64,000 nucleotides of DNA from an uncultured virus (IMG/VR IMGVR_UViG_2651870170_000001) (IMGVR_UViG_2651870170_000001); one strand, 5' to 3'. Numbered from the stretch's first letter, positions 54,550 to 64,000 are shown. Numbers and translations are program-made. Notes: generated from the sequence alone by a model not told the origin.

Positions 54550-54735
54550 ATGGGTAAGAGAAACAACGAACTGCTCTGGGAGCAATTCCAGCCCGCACCC
54601 GAGCCGGACGAGGAAAACTCCGGCGTCGCACTGTGGGACGACGACGCATGGGGAAACCGGAACGAGGCTGATACCCATCAGAAACGCCTGCAAGCCGAGG
54701 CTGCTGGAGTGGGGATAGGGGAGTGGTACGCATGA
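54550..54735 (+). CDS. Hypothetical acidic protein
   Basis: GGAG RBS. Confidence 0.55.
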   Translation: MGKRNNELLWEQFQPAPEPDEENSGVALWDDDAWGNRNEADTHQKRLQAEAAGVGIGEWYA

Positions 54736-55154
54736 GCGCGCACGGAATCGAAGAGGGCGACGTGTGCGGTCGTGACGGGTGCGCAGGGCGAATCGAGTTC
54801 ACGAAGCCCGATAACTGCTCTTGTCACCTTTCGGCGCCGTGTAGCGCCTGCACCAGAACCTATCTGCACTGTCCAGATTGTGACTGGGAGGCAGAACAGT
54901 ACGTCATCAATGATTACTTGGTGACGGAGAATGTCAAGACGAATGTCTATGAGGATTGGAAGCCACGCCCACTGGACCCATCGAAACTCGACTGGCACAG
55001 CAAGCCGCATTCGAGCGCGTCGATGATTAAAGAGGGTGTTTATCCGCCTCACATGACTCACGCCGAGGTTGAGGAAAAGGTGCGCGGCACATTTGGCGGC
55101 CGATTCGAATATTTCGGCGACGGCAGATTCAAGTACGTCGCTTACACGGATTGA
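54732..55154 (+). CDS. Hypothetical Cys-rich phage protein
   Basis: CGRDGCAG, CSCHLSAPCSAC, GTFGGRF...FKYVAYTD. Confidence 0.7.
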   Translation: MSAHGIEEGDVCGRDGCAGRIEFTKPDNCSCHLSAPCSACTRTYLHCPDCDWEAEQYVINDYLVTENVKTNVYEDWKPRPLDPSKLDWHSKPHSSASMIKEGVYPPHMTHAEVEEKVRGTFGGRFEYFGDGRFKYVAYTD

Positions 55155-55162
55155 GGCCGACC

Positions 55163-55369
55163 ATGCCAAGACCCTTCTTTCTCCGCCGCCCCTCCTCCCG
55201 CATCGCCCGCCAGATAAGCGGCGAAGAGCGGGAGCCTATAAGCGGTGCTCGCGGCGACGTATTTGCCGGTGCGCTAATTCTTCTCTGCTGCGTCGGCGTA
55301 GGTTCCGCAGTCTTAATCCTGGTGCTTGGTGCGCCGCTTCTAAATCTGGTTTGCTGGGGTGTGAGATGA
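55163..55369 (+). CDS. Small membrane protein
   Basis: GAGG RBS; hydrophobic C-terminal half. Confidence 0.5.
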   Translation: MPRPFFLRRPSSRIARQISGEEREPISGARGDVFAGALILLCCVGVGSAVLILVLGAPLLNLVCWGVR

Positions 55370-55761
55370 GCAATCTAACTGATGAACAGGTCTCGGGCCT
55401 TCCGCAACTTCCCGAGCCGTTGGAAATCGACTGGCCGGAGCTGCATTCGCAAGGGCTCGGTTGCGGAGTCGAGGATCGGAACATTACGAACCGGTATGAA
55501 GCCGCTGAATATGGCTGGCAGCACGGCGTAGACCAAGCCATCGAGCGCGTTCCTGAAGACATTTTCACTACCGACCAGATGCGCGAGTACGCCCGCACCG
55601 CTCTCGAATCCGTGAGCAACGCGCTCTACAGTCACCTGATGGGCGGCACATTCGATATCGGCGAAGCGTATCTGAATCTGAAGTGCGTCGGCTCATGCCC
55701 GAGCAAGGATGACTTTCTGGCTGCGCTGCTGGCACTTGCTGCTGAAAAGGAGCCGACATGA
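55366..55761 (+). CDS. Hypothetical phage protein
   Basis: GLGCGVEDRNITNRYEAAEYGW, DQMREYAR motifs. Confidence 0.65.
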   Translation: MSNLTDEQVSGLPQLPEPLEIDWPELHSQGLGCGVEDRNITNRYEAAEYGWQHGVDQAIERVPEDIFTTDQMREYARTALESVSNALYSHLMGGTFDIGEAYLNLKCVGSCPSKDDFLAALLALAAEKEPT

Positions 55762-55955
55762 CCACCTGGACCATCGTCGACGACGACCGCGAAGGCGTCG
55801 TGACACACATCAGCGACGCCGGGCACACGGCCCTCGCCACCGAACAACGCGCAGACACCAACGCCAGGAATCACCAGGTCACTGCTGCAGTCATTGGCGG
55901 TCTGATCGTCGGCGCGATTTTGATTGAAGCGGTAAGACTGACTTTTGGAGGGTAG
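55758..55955 (+). CDS. Small membrane protein
   Basis: AGGAG RBS; C-terminal TM. Confidence 0.55.
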   Translation: MTTWTIVDDDREGVVTHISDAGHTALATEQRADTNARNHQVTAAVIGGLIVGAILIEAVRLTFGG

Positions 55956-55958
55956 GCC

Positions 55959-56150
55959 ATGTTTCGCACACCACATAAGAACGAAGACTTGCGCCACGTT
56001 GCGACTTCGCTTGAGCCGAGCGAGCGCCTCGCCGCGGTCAACGAGAACAAGCGGCTGCAGGCTATCCGGGCGCTGGGAAATCGCTGGTTGCTGGCGAAGG
56101 ACTATGACGGCCACTATCAGCCGGAATTGCATGCGCGAGGCGCGCGATGA
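55959..56150 (+). CDS. Hypothetical protein
   Basis: AIRALGNRWLLA motif; GGAGG RBS. Confidence 0.6.
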   Translation: MFRTPHKNEDLRHVATSLEPSERLAAVNENKRLQAIRALGNRWLLAKDYDGHYQPELHARGAR

Positions 56151-56974
56151 GCGAACTCAAACAGATGCAGTCTGGCGACGAGGTTTTTGATATTCGGGGC
56201 CGAGCCGCCAGCTACGTCGCGCTCACGCTGGACGGCCATGTCGTGCAGCCCATCTATACACGCGGCGATGAGGGCGACGAATACTACGGCGCGCCGGAAG
56301 TCTGGCGCGAGGTGTTCAGCACCCCACCCGTGGAGAAGCTGCACGGAGAGATTGCGGCGATGCAAAGCCGTCTCGCTACCGAGCGGGCATCGCTCGATGC
56401 CGTTCGCAAGACGCGCGGTGACGAAGACCGCGAATACGCTGCGCGCGCAGCCGAGCGCAAGCGCTTCACCCAGCTACAGACCCTTGACGACTTCATTGCA
56501 GGGAAGATCACGCATTTCTTCGTGGTCGAAGGCTATGCCGAACGCATGTCGATACAGACGTTCGAGCAATTCATGAAGCCCAAAGACAACGATGGATTCA
56601 GCTACGACCGGAAGATGCGGCTGCTGTCGCTATTCGGTGGGTCGAATGGCGATCTTGCCTGGTATGTCGATCGGTATTCGGACGGCTCTGGCGGCAGTAG
56701 CGGTCGTTGTTTCCCTGCTATTTCATACGAAGACGCGCTGGCCCACGCCGCACAGTGGATCAACGGGCGAGTCGCTGAAATCCGCAAACAGGAGAAAAAG
56801 TATCAGGCGCTTGACCTTGCTAACTCCGCCGAGAAACTCGGACTCGCTGTGCCAGATGACATTGCTGGTTGGGCCAAAGGCTTCGCGGACGAGCGCCATC
56901 AAGCCAGCCTCAAGGAGGCGCGCAAACAGTTTGATGCGGCCAAGGCCAAGCTTCAGGAATTGGAGGCATCGTGA
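56147..56974 (+). CDS. Hypothetical phage protein
   Basis: 275 aa ORF, ATGA overlap; LLSLFGGSNGDLAW...YSDGSG. Confidence 0.75.
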   Translation: MSELKQMQSGDEVFDIRGRAASYVALTLDGHVVQPIYTRGDEGDEYYGAPEVWREVFSTPPVEKLHGEIAAMQSRLATERASLDAVRKTRGDEDREYAARAAERKRFTQLQTLDDFIAGKITHFFVVEGYAERMSIQTFEQFMKPKDNDGFSYDRKMRLLSLFGGSNGDLAWYVDRYSDGSGGSSGRCFPAISYEDALAHAAQWINGRVAEIRKQEKKYQALDLANSAEKLGLAVPDDIAGWAKGFADERHQASLKEARKQFDAAKAKLQELEAS

Positions 56975-57159
56975 CCATGCTTGTTGACTGTGACCCCGAC
57001 CCGGTTGAAGAGGCCGCCTACGGCTATTGCCGGCGTTGCGAGTGCGAAGTTCCGATTGAAGAGCGGGACTTCGGGATTGGCCGCGACGAGGCTTATGGCC
57101 GTCCGATCGTTCACGTGGATATGCAGTGGTGTTGCTGTGAGTGTGGAGACCAACTATGA
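56971..57159 (+). CDS. Small zinc-ribbon protein
   Basis: CRRCECE...DFGIG...CCECG. Confidence 0.6.
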   Translation: MTMLVDCDPDPVEEAAYGYCRRCECEVPIEERDFGIGRDEAYGRPIVHVDMQWCCCECGDQL

Positions 57160-57443
57160 GCGACTACACACGACTGACCACCAGCGCCGAAGTCTATGCA
57201 GTGATTATGGCGCGCCACCGTGACCAGATGGTTGCCTTCGCGACGTTCAGTGATCCCGATGGCACATTCAACGGTGGACCGGGAATCCGGGGCCGCATGG
57301 ATACCACCTGGGGCATCGCCGGTTGTGACTATCCGATCCTCGAAATCAATACGTACTGGGACATTGACCCAACGCAACCACATAAGCGGGTCAACCAGAC
57401 GCATTCGTATTTTCTGCTGATGGCGGAGAAGGACGAGACGTGA
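57156..57443 (+). CDS. Hypothetical protein
   Basis: GGAG RBS; ATGA overlap. Confidence 0.65.
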   Translation: MSDYTRLTTSAEVYAVIMARHRDQMVAFATFSDPDGTFNGGPGIRGRMDTTWGIAGCDYPILEINTYWDIDPTQPHKRVNQTHSYFLLMAEKDET

Positions 57444-57622
57444 ACGAAATATCCGCCTATCGCGTCGCCCAGGCCGTCAGTGCGATGAAGGCCATTGATG
57501 AAGCGTGGAATGCGAATCCGAATGGCGCGATGCGCTCTAGTCTCATAACGGATCTGGCAATAGCGCGAATAGATTTTGAGTCGACCTTGCTGCTTTTGAA
57601 ATTAACTGTGGAGGAAGTGTGA
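57440..57622 (+). CDS. Hypothetical protein
   Basis: GTGA overlaps both sides. Confidence 0.55.
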   Translation: MNEISAYRVAQAVSAMKAIDEAWNANPNGAMRSSLITDLAIARIDFESTLLLLKLTVEEV

Positions 57623-58779
57623 CAACCGAACTGACATTGCCCGAACGCGCCGCCCTGGCGCTAGGCACGGCAAAGCATGAAAAGGAGCTGATCGAACTGG
57701 CCGAGCAATCGAGGTCGATCACCGAGATCAAGAACAAGGATGCGCGCGAGCAGTGTCACAGCACGGCCATGGTCCTGAAGACCCGGCGCACCAGCATTCG
57801 AAAGGCTGGCAAGGATGCGCGCGACGACGCGACAAAGTTCTCTAAAGCCGTGATCGCGGAAGAGGACCGGCTAGTTGCTCTCATCGAACCGGACGAAACA
57901 CGGTTGATCGCCTTGCGCGACGCGTGGGACGACGAGCGCGAGGCAGAGCGACAAGCCAAGCTAGCCGCCGAGAAAGCCCGTGTCGATGCCATCCGCCGAA
58001 AGATTGACGAGATCAAGGCTTGCCCCGCTGAATCTGTCGGCCACCCCTCCGCTAGCCTGGCCGCAGTCATCGAACTGATGGAGCGGCACGAAGTCACGCT
58101 TGAGGAATTCGCGGAATTCGCTGGCGAAGCGGAGATGGCAAAGGTTGCTGCGCTGGCGAGGCTTGGTGAAATGCTGACGGCACAGCAGGCACACGAAGCC
58201 GAACAGGCCCGCATCGCCGCCGAACGCGCCCAACTCGCCAAAGAACGCGAAGAAGCCGCCGAACGCGAACGTCAGGCCGCCGCCGAACGCCAACGGATTG
58301 CCGACGAAGAACGGATTGCCCGAGCCAAGGCACACGCCGCGATGCTGGCAGAGCAGCAGGCGCACGAAGCGCGACTCCGGGCCGAACGTGAAGCGGCAGA
58401 AGCTGAATTGCGCAAGCAGCGAGAGGCCGAAGAGGCGCGACTCGCAGAGCAACGTGCGGAACTGGCCCGTCAGCAGGCTGCGATTGACGCAGCCAACGCG
58501 GAACGCGAGAGAGTCGAGCGGGAGGCTAGGGAGGCGGCAGAGGCCGAAGCCCGAGCCGAAGCCCAGCGCATCGCAGATGAACAGGCCGCCGAGGAAGCGG
58601 CAGCCGAGGCTGAGCGCCAGCGTCGCGAGCGGGTCCAGTTTGAATTGAACGGTCCGGGCGATGTGGAAATCGTTACCACCTTGGCGCTCGAATATGCCAC
58701 CAACACGACTGTCGTTGTCGGCTGGCTCGAAAAATTCAATGCGGCGGCGTTTAAGTCGCCGACCGAAAAAGCCGCTTAA
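57619..58779 (+). CDS. Long coiled-coil phage protein (Ala/Glu/Arg-rich)
   Basis: Heptad-rich sequence upstream of recombination genes. Confidence 0.75.
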   Translation: MTTELTLPERAALALGTAKHEKELIELAEQSRSITEIKNKDAREQCHSTAMVLKTRRTSIRKAGKDARDDATKFSKAVIAEEDRLVALIEPDETRLIALRDAWDDEREAERQAKLAAEKARVDAIRRKIDEIKACPAESVGHPSASLAAVIELMERHEVTLEEFAEFAGEAEMAKVAALARLGEMLTAQQAHEAEQARIAAERAQLAKEREEAAERERQAAAERQRIADEERIARAKAHAAMLAEQQAHEARLRAEREAAEAELRKQREAEEARLAEQRAELARQQAAIDAANAERERVEREAREAAEAEARAEAQRIADEQAAEEAAAEAERQRRERVQFELNGPGDVEIVTTLALEYATNTTVVVGWLEKFNAAAFKSPTEKAA

Positions 58780-58828
58780 CCGTTTCACTTAGACCCTGTC
58801 GGATTACGGCCAAAAGGAGTGCCGTTAT

Positions 58829-59338
58829 ATGGACAAGCCACAAACCAAAACCCATTGGAAACGCCTCGTCAACCCGGATTACATCGGCGCCTATGCGCTG
58901 AACCCGGACGAGGATTTGACTGTCACGATTGATTATGTTCGCCGTGAGGAAGTTGTCGGGGCGGGCGGTAAGAAAGAGGAATGCACCGTCGCGCACCTGG
59001 TCGGGCATAAGCCACTGATTCTGAACGCGACTAACTCAAAGTCGATCCACAAGCTCTATGGGCCGTACATCGAGGAATGGGCGGGCAAGCAGATCACGCT
59101 ATTTGCAAGCACGGCAAAACTGGCTGGCGATGTGGTCGAGTGCCTGCGGATTCGCCCGAATGTAGCCAGGCAAACGAAGCCCAAGATCATGCCGGATCGC
59201 CTTAAGAAGGCAATCGCATCGATTGTGGCAGGGCAGTACACCACCGAGAAGTTGCGCGCCCAGTTCGACCTGACGGATGCGCAAGAGAAGGAAGTCGAGG
59301 AAGCAGTCAAGAAAGCCGTGGAGGGCAGCAATGTTTAG
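58829..59338 (+). CDS. Putative ssDNA-binding/annealing recombination protein
   Basis: THWK...DYIGAY, KPLILNATN, EEWAGK motifs; paired with exonuclease. Confidence 0.55.
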   Translation: MDKPQTKTHWKRLVNPDYIGAYALNPDEDLTVTIDYVRREEVVGAGGKKEECTVAHLVGHKPLILNATNSKSIHKLYGPYIEEWAGKQITLFASTAKLAGDVVECLRIRPNVARQTKPKIMPDRLKKAIASIVAGQYTTEKLRAQFDLTDAQEKEVEEAVKKAVEGSNV

Positions 59339-59960
59339 GATCCGGTGTTCATCGCTCAGCAAGATCATGACCGAACCGAAAAGCAAGGATGAAGTCCTGT
59401 CAGTCGGAGCCAAGACGTACATCGAAGACCTTGCCAAGGAATTCGTCTACAACTTCCAGCGCATCGTCAGCAGCAAGGAAATGGAGAAGGGCACTATCGT
59501 CGAAGATCAATCGATTGCGCTTCTGAACGAGGTTCTGTTCACGAACTTTGTGAAGAACACGGAGCGCAAGACAAACGACTGGATCACTGGCGAGTGCGAC
59601 ATTTTTAGCGGCGTAAAGATTCACGATATCAAGTCGCCGTGGTCGCTCGCCACTTTCCCGGCAACGGTGTTCGCCGGCCGCGACAAGGATTACGAGTGGC
59701 AATTACGCGGCTACATGATGCTGTGGGACTGCGACCAGTCGGAAATCGATTACTGCATGGTCAACACGCCCGATGAACTGATCCGGTTCGAAGACGTGTC
59801 GATGCACTACGTCGATCACATTGACCCGACTTTGCGCGTTACGCGTGTCCCGTATGCGCGTGACAAATCGCTCGAAGACAAGATCAAGACGAAAGTCGAT
59901 GCCGCGCGAGTCTATTTCGACAATATCTGCGCGCAGATCGCAATCGAGCACGCCGCCTGA
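59331..59960 (+). CDS. YqaJ/lambda-type exonuclease
   Basis: RCSSLSKIMT, KGTIVE, TGECDI, DIKSPW, YEWQLRGYM. Confidence 0.85.
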   Translation: MFRIRCSSLSKIMTEPKSKDEVLSVGAKTYIEDLAKEFVYNFQRIVSSKEMEKGTIVEDQSIALLNEVLFTNFVKNTERKTNDWITGECDIFSGVKIHDIKSPWSLATFPATVFAGRDKDYEWQLRGYMMLWDCDQSEIDYCMVNTPDELIRFEDVSMHYVDHIDPTLRVTRVPYARDKSLEDKIKTKVDAARVYFDNICAQIAIEHAA

Positions 59961-60039
59961 AGTTTCACCGCCGCCACCTCTCTGCTAGGCGAAAGCGGGT
60001 CCAGAGTTTAAAGGGTGGCGGCACCTAATTGAGGTTCAT

Positions 60040-60324
60040 ATGAACAAAGAACAGATTTACGACGAACAGATTTCCCCGCTGATGACCCAGATCATCGCTA
60101 TCTGCCGCGCGCACAAGATCGCGCACGTCGCATGCTTCGCGATCCCGACCGAAGATGATCCGGATCTTCGTTGCTCAACCGCTCAACTGACCTCCGACTT
60201 CGAGCCGCCCGAAGAATTCCTTCAGGCATGGAAGCATCTTCGACCGGCCAGCAGATCGTCGACGATGATGCTGCGCACCGAGAGCGGCGACGGCAACGTG
60301 ACACTAACTACGATTGTCGAGTAA
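60040..60324 (+). CDS. Hypothetical phage protein
   Basis: KEQIYDEQISPLMTQIIAIC..HKI; GAGG RBS. Confidence 0.7.
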   Translation: MNKEQIYDEQISPLMTQIIAICRAHKIAHVACFAIPTEDDPDLRCSTAQLTSDFEPPEEFLQAWKHLRPASRSSTMMLRTESGDGNVTLTTIVE

Positions 60325-60382
60325 AGACCAACAGCGCCCCCGGCGCGGCAAGGGGCTGCGGCCCCGCTTTTCGAGATATGTG

Positions 60383-60706
60383 ATGAGCGAAAAATTGAGC
60401 GACCATGAAATCGACAAAGTTTGGAACAGCCTTGACGGTCAAGCGATCATCAAGGGCCTGTCGCACAACCGTTGGAACGCAGCATTGCGCCGGGCATTCG
60501 CCAGAGCCCTTCAAGTCAAATTGCCAGCAGTCGAAAGCGATGCGCGCGAGTTGCTTCGCGAAGCCGCTGATCTGATCGAGTACGCCACCTACCACGATGG
60601 GCGTTACGACCAGATGGCGGGCGTGAACTGGCAGAGTGAGGCGCAAAAGCTGGTGCAGCGCATGGCCGTTGCGCTGGATCGCCAACCCTACGAGAGCCTG
60701 AAATGA
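60383..60706 (+). CDS. Hypothetical protein
   Basis: LSDHEI...FARAL motif. Confidence 0.55.
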   Translation: MSEKLSDHEIDKVWNSLDGQAIIKGLSHNRWNAALRRAFARALQVKLPAVESDARELLREAADLIEYATYHDGRYDQMAGVNWQSEAQKLVQRMAVALDRQPYESLK

Positions 60707-61017
60707 GCGAAGAAACCAAGATCATCAACGCACCCGAGCGTATATGGCTTCAGGTCGGCGATGACTTTGAACCTGGCGCCGTCGACTTCAGCCAGTTGAG
60801 CGAGGTCACTTGGTGCGAAGAAATTCAGAACCCACTCGATATTGAATACGTGCGCGTCTCAGCCGAAGTTCCCTTCGTGGACTCGTACGGCTTCGAGGTT
60901 CTGCTGGGCGATCGCATGTACATCGACAACAGCATGCAATATCGCAACGGCACTACGGTACTCACCATCAAGCGCAAACCCCGCGAGATCGCAGCCGCTC
61001 CTACGGAGTCGAAATGA
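60703..61017 (+). CDS. Hypothetical protein
   Basis: APERIWLQ...VTWC...DIEYVR motif. Confidence 0.65.
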   Translation: MSEETKIINAPERIWLQVGDDFEPGAVDFSQLSEVTWCEEIQNPLDIEYVRVSAEVPFVDSYGFEVLLGDRMYIDNSMQYRNGTTVLTIKRKPREIAAAPTESK

Positions 61018-62423
61018 CTGACGACCAAATCAAGCGCATCTACTTGGAATCGACCGGATTCGACCTTGACGAGAGCGATGCTGCATTGCTTGACTTCGCA
61101 CGCACATTGCTCGCCACCCAAGCCATTGTGGGAGACGTGGTGCCTCACTGGCACGGCTACAATGCTCAACCGTCTGATGCTCAAGTCACGCTGACAACTA
61201 CCATTGCGGGAGAGGGCGACGGGCGGCAGTTGCTGGAAGGTCTTGCGATGAGGCTGGAGTCGGGCCGATTTTTTAATGGCGTCGCCCAACCCAATGCGGA
61301 CATCTATGCGCAAGCAATCCGTGCCGCTCTCGCACAGAAGGCTGTACCAACAGCGGGAGAGTTTCCGTATCAACGTACGTTCAACGCTATTGCAGCGGCG
61401 ACCAAAATCGAGGGCGGCCACATCGCTATCTCGGTACGAGCGTTCTGCGAGACCTTTGGCAACGATCCCGCTCCAATAGCGTCAGCCTCGGAGGCGTTCC
61501 AGTCGCGCGTGCAACCATGGATGCTCGCGTGCTTCGGTGCCGAGATCGCAGCCGACAAGATGGAACGCAATCACAGGTTTTTCGAGGAATCGACCGAGAC
61601 CGTACAGGCTAACGGCATGACGCGCAGTGAAGCGCATCAGTTGGTTGATTACGTCTACGACAGGCCGGTGGGCGAGTTGCATCAAGAGGTCGGCGGCGTC
61701 ATGGTGACGTTGGCCGCGCTATGTCTCGCGAGCGGAATTGATATGCACGAGGCAGGCGAAGTAGAACTTGCGCGCGTGTGGACGAAGATCGAGAAGATCC
61801 GTGCCAAGCAAGCCGCCAAGCCCAAGCACTCACCATTGCCCGAGCACACCCATCCCGCAGCAGCGCAACCAGCGAGGGCGGAAGTGCTGGAGAACAAGCA
61901 GGAGCCGAAAGATGAAGCCAATGCTAACTTCCCCGGTTATTTCGTGACCGAGGCTGGAGAAATTTTCGGGCCGCGCGGCCAGATTAAGGGACATCCATCA
62001 CCGAAAGGGTATTTGCGCGTCGATTTGCGCGACGGCGAGATCAAGAAAACCATGACGATACACAAAATCGTTCTGGAAACTTTCGTTGGCCCACGCCCTA
62101 CCGGTCTTCAGGCTAGACATAAGAACGGCAAGAAGTTGGAAAACAACTTGGGAAATCTGTGCTGGGGAACGGCCACGGAGAACTATGAAGACAAGCGCCT
62201 GCATGGAACGCATCAGGTTGGTGAGCGCCATGGAGCTTCAAAGCTGACCGCGCGTGATGTGTTGATGATTCGCGAAGCATTCGCCAATCGTAACGGCCAC
62301 GATTGGGGTGCAGCAAGATTTGCAAAACAGTTCGGTGTTCACCGGACAACAATCAGCGATGTGGCGCGCAGAGAAACTTGGTCAGACCCGACGGCGATTC
62401 GCGATCTTAAGGACAAACCATGA
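61014..62423 (+). CDS. Mosaic protein: MazG-like pyrophosphohydrolase domain fused to NUMOD4-like/HNH endonuclease
   Basis: RFFEE..ETVQA...QEVGGVMVTLAAL; KGYLRVDL, HKIVLETFVGPRP, RHKNG...NNLGNLCWGT..EN. Confidence 0.75.
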   Translation: MTDDQIKRIYLESTGFDLDESDAALLDFARTLLATQAIVGDVVPHWHGYNAQPSDAQVTLTTTIAGEGDGRQLLEGLAMRLESGRFFNGVAQPNADIYAQAIRAALAQKAVPTAGEFPYQRTFNAIAAATKIEGGHIAISVRAFCETFGNDPAPIASASEAFQSRVQPWMLACFGAEIAADKMERNHRFFEESTETVQANGMTRSEAHQLVDYVYDRPVGELHQEVGGVMVTLAALCLASGIDMHEAGEVELARVWTKIEKIRAKQAAKPKHSPLPEHTHPAAAQPARAEVLENKQEPKDEANANFPGYFVTEAGEIFGPRGQIKGHPSPKGYLRVDLRDGEIKKTMTIHKIVLETFVGPRPTGLQARHKNGKKLENNLGNLCWGTATENYEDKRLHGTHQVGERHGASKLTARDVLMIREAFANRNGHDWGAARFAKQFGVHRTTISDVARRETWSDPTAIRDLKDKP

Positions 62424-62659
62424 GCAAATACGAAAAACTCGACGATCTTATCGTGGCGTCACTTGGCGATCTCCCAAAGACGTTCGGCGTCATTCACACT
62501 GGCGAGGTCGCGAGCGAGTGTGAGCGGATTGCGAAAGAGGAGGGCACGAGACGATCGCCATTCGGTGTCGAGTCATTCCGAATCTGTGACCGCCGCCTTC
62601 AGGCGTTGCGCAAGGCTGGGCGGATCGTTTCAACGACTAGGGGATGGGTGTTGTCATGA
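62420..62659 (+). CDS. Small winged-helix-like protein
   Basis: YEKLDDLI...RICDRRLQALRKAGRI. Confidence 0.65.
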   Translation: MSKYEKLDDLIVASLGDLPKTFGVIHTGEVASECERIAKEEGTRRSPFGVESFRICDRRLQALRKAGRIVSTTRGWVLS

Positions 62660-62955
62660 CAGCAGATCAGATCAAGGCTCTGGCGGCGATTCTGCGCGAG
62701 GATGCTCGCTGGGTTGGGAAGCAGTATAGCTCGCATATAGAGGATCGAATTGAAAATGCCGCTGACGCCCTCGAAGCCCTCTCGCTAGAAAACCAGCGGT
62801 TGAGGGTAGATGCGGAACGGTATCGCATGATCCGAAACCGGAGTGACTACTGGCGGCAGCATGGCCGTCAGGCTGTAATGCTGGGGATGTTTGAAGAATT
62901 CCTGGACGCCGTTATCGACGCCGCCCGGTCGCAGAGTGAGGAGGGTAAGCAATGA
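62656..62955 (+). CDS. Hypothetical phage protein
   Basis: AADALEAL, DAERYR, LDAVIDAA motifs. Confidence 0.65.
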   Translation: MTADQIKALAAILREDARWVGKQYSSHIEDRIENAADALEALSLENQRLRVDAERYRMIRNRSDYWRQHGRQAVMLGMFEEFLDAVIDAARSQSEEGKQ

Positions 62956-63233
62956 CGAACGACGATATTAAGGCTTTAGTCCGACAGTTGCAGGAATGCA
63001 GTTGGGCCAGAGCAACAATTAGCCCAAAACTTAAACCTCAATGGACTGGGGATGATGCTCCAGAAAGAGCCGCCGACGCTCTCACTACCCTCCTGGCGCA
63101 ACTCGAAATCGCCACGCAAGAGCTAAAGAACATCGCGAACGCCGATACCATCGAATGGGACGATCCGACCCAGTATGAGGCTTGGGCCAAGAGTCGGGCG
63201 CGGTGGGCGCTGGGGAAGGTGGATAAGCCATGA
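62952..63233 (+). CDS. Hypothetical phage protein
   Basis: GGAGG RBS; ATGA overlaps. Confidence 0.65.
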   Translation: MTNDDIKALVRQLQECSWARATISPKLKPQWTGDDAPERAADALTTLLAQLEIATQELKNIANADTIEWDDPTQYEAWAKSRARWALGKVDKP

Positions 63234-63514
63234 CCGAACTCCCATCCCTAATCCTGCCCCTCAAGCGCCTGTACTTCGACCAGATCAAGAGCGGCGAGAA
63301 GGTCGAGGAATACCGCCTCTGCACGCCATACTGGCGCAAACGTCTGGAGCATCGCCACTATGGGCGGATTGTGCTCACCCTTGGTTATCCAAAAGCCGAC
63401 GACCATGAACGCCGGATCGTGAAACCGTGGCGCGGCTACGTTGAACGAACAATCAAGCATCCGCACTTTGGGCCGCATCCGGTGCGCGTGTTTGCTATTC
63501 ATGTGGGAGCATAA
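63230..63514 (+). CDS. ASCH domain protein
   Basis: LPLKRLYFDQIKSGEKVEEYR...YWRKRL, LGYP. Confidence 0.8.
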   Translation: MTELPSLILPLKRLYFDQIKSGEKVEEYRLCTPYWRKRLEHRHYGRIVLTLGYPKADDHERRIVKPWRGYVERTIKHPHFGPHPVRVFAIHVGA

Positions 63515-63814
63515 ATGACACTCTACGCCGTATTCATGCCCGGTTCGGGCGAGCGATTTGCCGCTCCCACCGAGTGGTGGGCCGAACGTCTTGCCGACAA
63601 GCTCACCGCGCATTTCGCCGAGATCAAGAAACAGCGCGGCGACAACTACCCGTCAGTGCTCGCCGAGGTTGTCATCTGGCCGGAACGCTTCGCCGCGCTT
63701 CACGCCGAGGAACTGGCTAGGGATTGGGCCGAGCACGCCAAGTTCATCGGGCCGGTCGAACCCGAACCAGAGCGCGATACCCGGACGATTGATATGTTTT
63801 CGGAGGCTAAGTGA
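63515..63814 (+). CDS. Hypothetical protein
   Basis: GGGAG RBS; RDTRTIDMF end. Confidence 0.65.
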   Translation: MTLYAVFMPGSGERFAAPTEWWAERLADKLTAHFAEIKKQRGDNYPSVLAEVVIWPERFAALHAEELARDWAEHAKFIGPVEPEPERDTRTIDMFSEAK

Positions 63815-64000
63815 CTAACCGGGAAGCATTCGAAGCGGCCATGACGAAGTTGGCCGAACAGCCGGAAGATGCATTTGAGAAGCCGTATCCGGATGATGAC
63901 GTGAACGCTCATTGGGCGGTCTGGAGGGCCGCCGAGGCATCTGCGATTGAACGGTGTCTGAAGATCGTCGAAACCTACGAGGTCAGCGTCGGCAATAGCG
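63811..64000 (+). CDS. Hypothetical protein, truncated by window end
   Basis: GTG start with GGAGG RBS; frame open to 64000 (TNREAFEAA...WAVWRAA). Confidence 0.55.
   Translation, partial: MTNREAFEAAMTKLAEQPEDAFEKPYPDDDVNAHWAVWRAAEASAIERCLKIVETYEVSVGNS

Noticed and set aside
57961..58788. 275-aa minus-strand ORF
   Set aside because: Antisense shadow of the coiled-coil gene.

Overview
The whole window is a ~60% GC temperate tailed phage or prophage with a contractile tail. A betaproteobacterial (Burkholderiaceae-like) host is inferred, not shown. The minus strand (about 1.1-49.7 kb) carries cro-cII, ParB-like and replication genes, a nin region with a DNA methyltransferase, a Q-like antiterminator and a late promoter. 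It continues through terminase, portal, head, neck, sheath/tube, tape measure-transglycosylase, baseplate, fibres, endolysin and a terminal PLD/lipoprotein/lipase cassette. The plus strand (49.8-64 kb, apparently continuing at 1-1028, which suggests circular permutation) carries the repressor and the early-left operon with recombination genes, an acyl carrier protein, MazG-like and ASCH genes. No integrase, CRISPR array or reverse transcriptase is visible. Seven HNH-type endonuclease genes or domains are present. The most striking observation is a 453-bp insertion inside the DNA methyltransferase. It carries a complete HNH gene with its own RBS, overprinted in another frame, while the methyltransferase frame stays open and a duplicated RF(F/M)YC junction flanks it. 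It has no intein or intron features, so it may be a splicing-free homing element. Other notable items are a tRNA-like RNA lacking a canonical anticodon loop, a repressor with two tandem HTH domains, a BCS1-like AAA ATPase coupled to Q, a NUDIX domain on the head protease, and several large structured non-coding RNAs. All product calls come from motif recognition by eye; no database searches were run.
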